In this document: positions 9,883 to 16,897 of the stretch, piece by piece
Position numbering within the stretch: position 1 is the first letter of the stretch
How the letters are laid out: each line of letters starts with the position of its first letter
DNA from: Candidatus Eiseniibacteriota bacterium
GTDB taxonomy: Bacteria; Eisenbacteria; RBG-16-71-46; JABDJR01
DNA: 64,000 bases
Direction: 5' to 3'
Assembly (NCBI GenBank): GCA_963783375.1
Contig: CAWANH010000029.1
Location: 1,216,001 to 1,280,000 of the forward strand
Translations under genes and position numbers: made by a program
Notes under the pieces: generated by a model
Databases searched by the model: none
What the model saw: only the letters and a program-made list of their open reading frames with translations
What the model was told of the DNA's origin: nothing

Positions 9883-11247
9883 CTAGGCACCGGACGCCTT
9901 TGGACTCCGGCGGGCCGCCCGAGCCCGGAGCAACCGGCGGAGAAGGACCAGGGTGGTGAGCTCGGCGGCGAAGGCCGCCCCCAGGAGAATCCCTCCCAGG
10001 AGCCCGCCCCGGATACCGAGGGCCAGGCCCAGGGCCCCCAGGCCGAGGATCGCCACGGTGCGGCTCGTCGAACCCAGGCCCACCGCCTTGGTGCGGGCGA
10101 ACCGGGTGAGCACCCCCTGGTTGTAGGCGATGAACCCCGCCACCAGCGGCTGCAGGGAGAGAAGCGCCAGGGGCAGGCGGGCCCGCGCCGCGAGCTCGGG
10201 GCCGAGCCCGATCACCCGGCGGAGCAGGAGGTCCGATGCCGGGGTCAGGGTGACCAGGAGCACCAGGGCGCACACCCCCCCGACGTAGATCCAGAGGAAG
10301 GACTTGAGCCGGGCGAGACCGGCCCGGTCGGTCCCGAGGGCGATGGTCACCGTCGAATACCGGAGCACCGAGCTGGCCATGAACCAGATCAAGGACGCCA
10401 CCACCGTGTAGACCGCGAGCCCGATCTTGGGATCGTCGGTGCGGGCGATGAACGCGTTGATCAGGGGGTTGGTGAGGGTGCCCAAAGCCATGGTCAGGGC
10501 CAGGGGGGCGAGGAAGGTGATCTTCCCACCAAGGCTCCGTCCCACCGCCTGAGCCGGGGAGAACCCCGTCTCCCGCTCGGGGGTCCGTCCGGTGACGATG
10601 GCCACGTAGACCATCTCCACCGCCACCGCCACCGCCAGGGCGGCCATGCCCGCCGCCGGTCCCGACCATCCCAGGTGCGGCGTCACCCCGAAGATCAGCC
10701 CGGCCAGGCACGCCAGGCGAAGGGCGGTCCCCCAGGCGATCGGCCCCGCGCTCCGCCGGCCAATGAGGACGGCCTGGTAGGCGTTTCGTACCGCCACCAG
10801 GGGCGGAAACACGACGGCCGCCTGGAGGGCGAGAACCGCGGGGTGGGTGAGCTCGTGGTCCGCCCCCATCAGCCGCTGGAGGATGAACGGGGCGGCCGGG
10901 GTGAAGACGACGAGCGCCTCGAAGGCCATCACGATCAATCCCAGGCCGAGGGCGAAGCTCAGGTAGGGACGGATCCGCCCGGTCCCTCCGTACCAGGCCA
11001 CCACCGCCTGCTGGAGGGCGAAGACCGGGCTCTCCAGGAGAATGCTCAGGGCGAAGGCCAGCCCGAAGGCGGCCAGGTTGGTCTCGGGATGCGGAAGCCG
11101 GGCCAGGCCCGCGTTGATGATCGGGGTGGAGACCGACATCATGGTGCTGGTGGCGGCCAGGGGCAGGAAGAGGACCAGAATGCCGCGATAGGTGAGGGTC
11201 GAGTGCGCGGGGACCGAGGCTCCGCCGGCCGGGGATGGATCGGACAT
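9883..11247 (-). CDS. MATE-fold / ANKH-like membrane transporter
   Basis: About 12 TMs in two similar halves (LFLPLAATSTMMSVSTPIINAGLAR and FLAPLALTMALGTLTNPLINAFIAR). Confidence 0.65.
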   Translation of the reverse strand: MSDPSPAGGASVPAHSTLTYRGILVLFLPLAATSTMMSVSTPIINAGLARLPHPETNLAAFGLAFALSILLESPVFALQQAVVAWYGGTGRIRPYLSFALGLGLIVMAFEALVVFTPAAPFILQRLMGADHELTHPAVLALQAAVVFPPLVAVRNAYQAVLIGRRSAGPIAWGTALRLACLAGLIFGVTPHLGWSGPAAGMAALAVAVAVEMVYVAIVTGRTPERETGFSPAQAVGRSLGGKITFLAPLALTMALGTLTNPLINAFIARTDDPKIGLAVYTVVASLIWFMASSVLRYSTVTIALGTDRAGLARLKSFLWIYVGGVCALVLLVTLTPASDLLLRRVIGLGPELAARARLPLALLSLQPLVAGFIAYNQGVLTRFARTKAVGLGSTSRTVAILGLGALGLALGIRGGLLGGILLGAAFAAELTTLVLLRRLLRARAARRSPKASGA

Positions 11248-11318
11248 AGGGGAGGGAGTCTAGCAGCCCGCGGGCAAGCCGGCCCGGCGCGCCTTTCGGC
11301 CCCGGCCCGGCCGCGGGG

Positions 11319-12704
11319 TCAACGCAGGGCCACCCCGGTTGCGTGAAGAAGGAACGTGGCGAATCCGAAATAGATGAAGAGGCCCACCACGTCGTTGGAC
11401 ATGGAGACGAAGGGGCCGGTGGCGATGGCCGGGTCCACCTTGATGCGGTGGAAGAAGAGCGGCACCAGGGCGCCCATGGTGGCGGCCACCAGGACCGCGC
11501 AGCTCATGGCCACCCCCACCACCACCCCGTAGAACCACTGGCCCCGCCAGAAATAGGCCACCGACCCCACGATCACCCCGCACATGAGCCCAAGGAGAAG
11601 ACCCACCCGCGCCTCGCGCAACACCACGGTCACCACGTCCCGGGAACGGAGCCGCCGGATGGCCAGGCGCCGCACCATGGTGACCGCGGCCTGGCTGCCC
11701 GCGTTTCCGCCCATGGCGGTGATCACCGGCACGAAGACCACCAGGGCGATCACGACCTCCTGGAGTAGACCGGCGAAGTGGCGGAGCACCGCCCCGGCCA
11801 GGAGCCCCCCGAAAAGGCTGGTGACGAGCCAGGGGAGCCGGAGCACCGCGATCCGCTTGACCGAGGACTCGTCGAACTCCTCCCCCGCGGTCCCGGCCAT
11901 GCGGGCGATATCCTCTTCCGCCTCCTCCCGCATCACGTCCACCACGTCGTCCACGGTGATCCGTCCCAGGAGCGTGCCGTCCGCGTCCACCACCGGCGCC
12001 GAGAAGAGGTCGTAACGCCGGAAGATGTTGGCCACCTCCTCCTGGTCCATCTCCGGGTGGAGGCGGATCGGATCGGGGTCCATGGCCTCCACGACCGGGG
12101 TCGAGGAGTGGCGGAGCACCATCTCCCGCAGGGAGAGGCTGCCCCTGAGCTTTCCCTGGCCGTCCACCACGAACACGAAGAAGAACGCATCCAGTTCCTC
12201 GCTCGCCGCGCGCACCGCCTCCCGGGCGTTTCCCACCGTGCCCTCCACGTTCACGGTGACCACCTCGGTGGCCATGATGCCGCCGGCGGTGTCCTCGTCG
12301 TAGACCAGGAGCGACCGCATGGCGGCCAGCTCTTCGGGCTCGATCCCCATCAGCACCTTGCTGGCCAGTTCTTCGGGGAGGCCCTGGACCAGGTCGGCGG
12401 CGTCGTCCGAGTCCATCTCCTCCACGAGATCGGCCAGCTCGTGGTGGGGAAGGTCGGCGATCACGCGCTCCAGGATCGGCGGGGGGAGTTCGGTGAGAAC
12501 GTCCGAGGCGACCTCGGGGTCGCTGATCAGGCTGAAGAGGTAGCGCTGGTCCTCCTCGTCGTCCAGCGACGAGATGAGGACGGCGATGTCCGCGGGGTGG
12601 ATGTTCAGGAGAACGGTCTTGATCGCCGCATCGCGACGCTCCTCCACCAGCGGGAGGAGGTCGTCCTTCACACCCTCGATGAGCGGGCGGGCGACGCGAT
12701 CCAT
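11319..12704 (-). CDS. mgtE: Magnesium transporter MgtE
   Basis: HPADIA, MDSDDAAD, YDEDTAGGIM, CBS pair, RLPWL, MGGNAGSQ, DPAIATGPFVS. Confidence 0.96.
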   Translation of the reverse strand: MDRVARPLIEGVKDDLLPLVEERRDAAIKTVLLNIHPADIAVLISSLDDEEDQRYLFSLISDPEVASDVLTELPPPILERVIADLPHHELADLVEEMDSDDAADLVQGLPEELASKVLMGIEPEELAAMRSLLVYDEDTAGGIMATEVVTVNVEGTVGNAREAVRAASEELDAFFFVFVVDGQGKLRGSLSLREMVLRHSSTPVVEAMDPDPIRLHPEMDQEEVANIFRRYDLFSAPVVDADGTLLGRITVDDVVDVMREEAEEDIARMAGTAGEEFDESSVKRIAVLRLPWLVTSLFGGLLAGAVLRHFAGLLQEVVIALVVFVPVITAMGGNAGSQAAVTMVRRLAIRRLRSRDVVTVVLREARVGLLLGLMCGVIVGSVAYFWRGQWFYGVVVGVAMSCAVLVAATMGALVPLFFHRIKVDPAIATGPFVSMSNDVVGLFIYFGFATFLLHATGVALR

Positions 12705-12764
12705 GACGCGTCCTTTCTCCTCGCGCCCTCTCCCCGATAGGGACGGGCAGCGTGCTTGAGCGGG

Positions 12765-13898
12765 CTAGGAAAGCGCCTGCTTCACGTCCTCGATCAGATC
12801 CTCCGCGTCCTCGCATCCCACCGAGAACCGGATGAGGCCGTCGGTCAGCCCCACCTTGCGGCGCTCGGATTCGGGAACCGACGCGTGGGTCATGGAGGCG
12901 GGATGGGAAACCAGGCTCTCCACCCCGCCCAGGCTCTCGGCCAGGGAGAATATCCTGAACCGGGGGAGCACCCGGCGGGCCTCGTCGAAGCTCTCCAGGT
13001 CCACCGAGACCATCCCCCCGAAACCGCGCATCTGGCGCCGGGCCAGATCGTACTGGGGATGGGACTCGAGACCGGGATAGATCACCCGCCTCACCGAGGA
13101 GTGGTTCTCCAGGAACCGCGCCACCTGCATGGCGTTCAGGGCGTGCCGCTCCATCCGGAGGGCCAAGGTCTTGATCCCCCGAAGGGCCAGCCAGGCGTCG
13201 AAGGGGCCGGGCACCGCCCCGGCCGCGTTCTGCAGGAATCGCAGGCGCTCGGCCACCCCCGCGTCCCGGGTGACCGCGATCCCCCCCACCATGTCGCTGT
13301 GGCCGTTCAGGTACTTGGTGCTGGAGTGGACCACCACATCCGCCCCCAGCTCGAGGGGGGTCTGAAAGAACGGGCTCATGAAGGTGTTGTCCACCACCAG
13401 ACGCACCCCCCGCTGGCGGCAGATCGCGCTCACCGCGGGGATGTCGGTGAGGATCATGACCGGGTTGGAAGGGGTCTCGATCAGGAGCATGCGGGTCCCG
13501 GGGGTGATCGCCTCCGCCACCGCGGCCGGGTCGCGGGTGGAGACGGTCCGGAAGGCCATCCCGAGGGGGTTCATGACCTGGTCGAGGAGCCGGTAGGTGC
13601 CGCCGTAGAGGTTGTCCCCCAGGAGCACCTCGTCCCCGGCGGCCAGGGTCTGGACCACGGCGTGGATCGCGGCCATGCCGCTGGCGAAGGCGATCCCGTG
13701 GTCGGCCTTCTCCAGGGCGGCCACGTTTCGCTCCAGAGCCTCCCGGGTGGGGTTCTGGGTGCGCGCGTACTCGTACCCCTTGTGCTTTCCCACCCCCTCC
13801 TGGACGTAGGTCGAGGTCTGGTAGATGGGAACCATGACCGCCCCGGTGGTGGGGTCAGGATGCTGTCCGGCGTGGATGGCGTCGGTGGAGAAACCCAT
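12765..13898 (-). CDS. Cystathionine gamma-lyase/gamma-synthase (PLP trans-sulfuration enzyme)
   Basis: PIYQTSTY, YARTQNPT, FASGMAA, IETPSNP, VVDNTF, HSSTKYLNGHSD (PLP Lys), AESLGGVESL. Confidence 0.93.
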   Translation of the reverse strand: MGFSTDAIHAGQHPDPTTGAVMVPIYQTSTYVQEGVGKHKGYEYARTQNPTREALERNVAALEKADHGIAFASGMAAIHAVVQTLAAGDEVLLGDNLYGGTYRLLDQVMNPLGMAFRTVSTRDPAAVAEAITPGTRMLLIETPSNPVMILTDIPAVSAICRQRGVRLVVDNTFMSPFFQTPLELGADVVVHSSTKYLNGHSDMVGGIAVTRDAGVAERLRFLQNAAGAVPGPFDAWLALRGIKTLALRMERHALNAMQVARFLENHSSVRRVIYPGLESHPQYDLARRQMRGFGGMVSVDLESFDEARRVLPRFRIFSLAESLGGVESLVSHPASMTHASVPESERRKVGLTDGLIRFSVGCEDAEDLIEDVKQALS

Positions 13899-14009
13899 TG
13901 TGCCTCCTCGTGGGCGATGCGGAGCCCGGCCGCGCGGATGCGCGAGGCGAAGCGGCTCGAGCGTCCGGGCCGGGCGGAGCCGACCGCGCCCACGCGCGGC
14001 GGCCGGGTA

Positions 14010-14038
14010 ACGTTACGGGGGACCCGGAGGCTGGTCAA
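14010..14038 (-). promoter_or_regulatory. Sigma70 promoter of the trans-sulfuration gene, with palindrome GTAACGTTAC over the -10
   Basis: Minus strand TTGACC (14038-14033), 17 nt, TAACGT (14015-14010); perfect palindrome at 14007-14016. Confidence 0.55.
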
Positions 14039-14187
14039 GCGATCCGGCCGGATCGCCGGTACGGGCCCGCCCGTTCCCTCCGGACGGGGAAAGGAGCGCC
14101 CCCCCGGCGGTGGGCCGGAGGGGCGTGTCGGGAGCCTCGGGAATCCGGGGCCGGGAGCCCGGCCGGATCCGATCCTCTGAGCGGGGG

Positions 14188-15579
14188 TCAGTGCACCTTG
14201 GTGACGGCCTCCGCGTAGTTGAAGTTCTTGTCGAAATCCCCGGTGTGGCAGTTCCGGCAGGTGTCCTCGGTGGGAACCTTCACCATGGCCGCGGTGCCGT
14301 GAAAGGTCCCCATCCCGTGACAGCTCTCGCACTGAACGTTACGCATGGCTGGAGTGTCCACGGCGTTGGCGGTCTGCTTGGATGCGTCCGCGTTCACGGT
14401 CAACTCGTAGCCGGTGGGCTGGCCGTAGCCGGTGACGTGGCACTGGACGCACTCCGTGGAGTTCTCCTTGTGGTCCTTGGCCAGGGTGGCGAAGGCATGG
14501 GCATGGGGGGACTCGGCCCACTTGGTGTAGATCTCGCTGTGGCAACGGGCGCAGGTCTCGGCCCCGACGTATTTCTCCGTCCCCTGCATCACCGCCGCCT
14601 TGGCCGCGTTCTTCCTCTTCTCCTCCGACTTCTTGGCGTTCCAGTCGTTCTCCCACTTGGTCACCACGGCATCCATGTCGCCGTCCTTGGCGACCTTCTC
14701 GTCCAGGGGTTTCCCCTCGCCGTTGTAGTCGGCGATCTGCTTGTCGTCCCCCAGGGTGAGGTCGAGGACCGAGAGGTACTGACCCCGGGTGCCGGGACGA
14801 AGGATCAGGGTTTGACCGGTGCGGTCGGGGTTGAACATGTAGCCCGGGTTGTGACCCACCATCACCACGTCCATGCCCGGAACGTCGGTGGCCAGCTGCT
14901 TGGCGTCCCGGGGGTCCTCGTGCACCAGCGCCACCACGATGTCCGCTTTGCTCCGAAGCTCGGGGATCACCCGCTGAAGGGCGGTCTTGGGGTCCTCGAA
15001 GGTGAAGTCGTCCGCCTTCTGGATCCCCCGGGTGAGGTTGAAGTTGTAGTAGGAACCGGCGGTGACTCCGGTGATCCCCACCTTGACCCCATCCCGGTCC
15101 ACGATGACGTACTCCGGCCAGACCTCTTTCCCCGCTTTGTCCTTGATGTTGGCCGAGACCACCTTCACCTCGGGGTGGTTCTCGTACATCTTCTTCAGCG
15201 GTTCCAGGCCCGGGATCATCTCCCGCTCGCCGGGAGTGACCGCGTCATAGCCCAGCTTGGCCATCATGTCGAACTCGAAGGAGGTCTTTCCCCAGGGGTC
15301 GTAGTCGTTGTCGGCCGCGAAGTCGCCCGCGTCGACGAGGACGATGGGGTTTCCCTGTGCCCGCTCGCTCTTGATCAAGGTCGCCCTCCGGGCGAACCCG
15401 CCTAATTGCCTCTTGTGTCACCCACAGGGCGAGGTCTCGCCGTTGATCGACGAGGACCCCAGGATGGTGATGGTATTGTTCGACTTGCTCTCGCCTTGGG
15501 ATGCCGGCAAGAGCAGGAGGAACACCAGGGATAGGCCCGCCAACGAGCCCAACCACATGAGCTTACGCCTGAATTTCAT
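14188..15579 (-). CDS. Secreted UshA-like selenoprotein (CGU) fused to a tetraheme c-type cytochrome domain; Sec at codon 54 (TGA 15418-15420)
   Basis: SD AGGAGAGG, ATG 15579, signal peptide, then ...ETSPCG-TGA-HKRQLGGFARRATLIK...VLVDAGDF in frame with ORF 14188..15378; the neighbouring paralog has TSCGCAKRDLGGFPRR at the same position; 4 CxxCH (CARCH, CVQCH, CESCH, CRNCH); 463 aa if read through. Confidence 0.88.
15376..15417 (-). promoter_or_regulatory. Candidate bacterial SECIS element
   Basis: 3' of the UGA: CACAAGAGGCAATTAGGCGGGTTCGCCCGGAGGGCGACCTTG. Folds either as GGCG-GGTT-CGCC (loop begins with G at +20) or as GG(U bulge)TCGCCC-GGA-GGGCGACC (loop G at +29), with CAAG/CTTG as a lower stem. 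Confidence 0.6.
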
Positions 15580-15655
15580 CGTCCTCTCCTCGGGAACGGA
15601 ATCGATCTTGGCAGCCAACGACCGAAAGCATGGGGGCGCACAGTCGTAAGCGACG

Positions 15656-15664
15656 AGTATAGCA
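15656..15664 (-). promoter_or_regulatory. Extended -10 promoter (TGcTATACT) for the selenoprotein gene
   Basis: Minus-strand TGCTATACT about 80 nt upstream of ATG 15579, in the gap between the two paralogs; TTGCAG lies 19 nt upstream of the hexamer. Confidence 0.55.
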
Positions 15665-15748
15665 TGGGAACCGCGCCGTCCTGCAACCTCCAGAGCTACC
15701 TCGAGTTGGCGGGGTGGATTCCCTTCCGGCCCCGGCCCGGGCAACCCC

Positions 15749-16741
15749 TTACTCGGTCCCTTCGTCCTTTTCCTTGTCCTGGGCCTTCTCCCGGGCCTTC
15801 CAGGCGGTCTCCCACCGCGTCACCACCGGACCGATGGCCGGATCCTTGGGGTAGGAATCGCTCACCGGCGTCCCCTCACCCTCGAAGTCGGCGACGGTGT
15901 TGTCCGGTCCCAGGGTGAGGTGCAGCACCGAGAGATACTGACCGCGGGTTCCGGGACTGAGCACCACCGTCTTCCCGGACTGTTCGGGGGCGAAGACGTA
16001 TTTCGGGTTGTGGCCCACCACCACGACGTCCACCCCCGGCGCGTCGGTCGCGAGTTTCTTGGCCTCGTCGGGGGACTGGTGAACGAGCGCCACCACGATG
16101 TCGACCTTGCCCTGGAGTTCCCCCTCCACGCGCCGGAGCGCCTGGGCGGGATCCTCGAAGGTGAAGTCGTCCGACGTCTGTACCTTCCGAGCCACGTTGA
16201 ACTTGTAGAAGGCGTCGCCGGTGACCCCGGTCACCCCGATCTTGATCCCGCCCTTCTCCACGATCACGTACTCCGGCCAGATCCGGTTGCCGGAGGCGTC
16301 CATCACGTTGGCCGACACCACCTTCACCTCGGGATGGGCGGCACACACCTCTTTCAGGGACGCGAGCCCGTCGACCATCTCCCGCTCGCCGGGGGTGACC
16401 GCGTCGTATCCCAGCCGGGCCATCATCTCGAAGATGAAGGCGGTCTTCTTGTGGCGCTCGAAACCCCGGTCCGCCCCGAAATCCCCCGCGTCCACCAGGA
16501 GAACCGGGTTCCCGGCGTCCCGCACCTCTTTGATCACGCTGGCCCTGCGGGGGAAGCCCCCCAGGTCCCGCTTCGCGCAGCCGCAGGAGGTGATCTCCCC
16601 CTCGATGGAGGCGGATCCGATAACCGTGAGGGTGGAGCCCGGGACCGCCTCGCCCCGCGCCGCGGGAAGGACCAGCAGCAGGGCCACGGCCAGCCCGGCG
16701 GGGAGGCTCAGTCGGCCCAAGGTGCGCGTACTAATCATCAT
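15749..16741 (-). CDS. Secreted UshA/5'-nucleotidase-fold protein, Cys (CGC) paralog without a heme domain
   Basis: Signal peptide; SIEGEITSCGCAKRDLGG, LLVDAGDF, YDAVTPGERE, VVSANV, IGVTGVT, VVVGHNP; colinear with the first ~330 aa of the downstream gene. Confidence 0.88.
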   Translation of the reverse strand: MMISTRTLGRLSLPAGLAVALLLVLPAARGEAVPGSTLTVIGSASIEGEITSCGCAKRDLGGFPRRASVIKEVRDAGNPVLLVDAGDFGADRGFERHKKTAFIFEMMARLGYDAVTPGEREMVDGLASLKEVCAAHPEVKVVSANVMDASGNRIWPEYVIVEKGGIKIGVTGVTGDAFYKFNVARKVQTSDDFTFEDPAQALRRVEGELQGKVDIVVALVHQSPDEAKKLATDAPGVDVVVVGHNPKYVFAPEQSGKTVVLSPGTRGQYLSVLHLTLGPDNTVADFEGEGTPVSDSYPKDPAIGPVVTRWETAWKAREKAQDKEKDEGTE

Positions 16742-16865
16742 TCTCTCCTCGATCTCGAGAAACCGTCCCCACCGGCCCGGCCGGCCGCAGGAGCCGGTAA
16801 TCGTCGTCGGGGGGAGCCTCCCCCGTCAAACCCCAAAGTCTACCCTGGGTTGGCGGCGGTGATTC

Positions 16866-16897
16866 CCCCAAAAAAGCCTCCCGCCCCCCCGACGGGC
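16866..16897 (-). terminator. Possible intrinsic terminator after lptD
   Basis: Minus strand CCCGTC-GGGG-GGCGGG stem followed by AGGC-TTTTTT. Confidence 0.4.

Noticed and set aside
9815-10711. N-terminal extension of the 1059-aa ORF, and similar extensions of ORFs 22133..24199, 27670..29928, 50237..53017 and 24267..25148
   Set aside because: These extensions overlap real genes in other frames and read as Pro/Arg/Gly-rich shadow translation; the true starts show SD sequences or stop-start overlaps.
13899-14006. SAM or T-box riboswitch upstream of the trans-sulfuration gene
   Set aside because: No SAM-I core (ATC.AGAG...GCAACC...GTGC) or T-box motif, and no terminator with a U-tract in the leader.
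14188-15378. Stand-alone 396-aa cytochrome starting at TTG 15378, with a separate short upstream ORF or a nonsense pseudogene
   Set aside because: It would lack the signal peptide needed for heme c attachment, and the paralog alignment runs straight through the TGA at a Cys position. Sec read-through explains this better.
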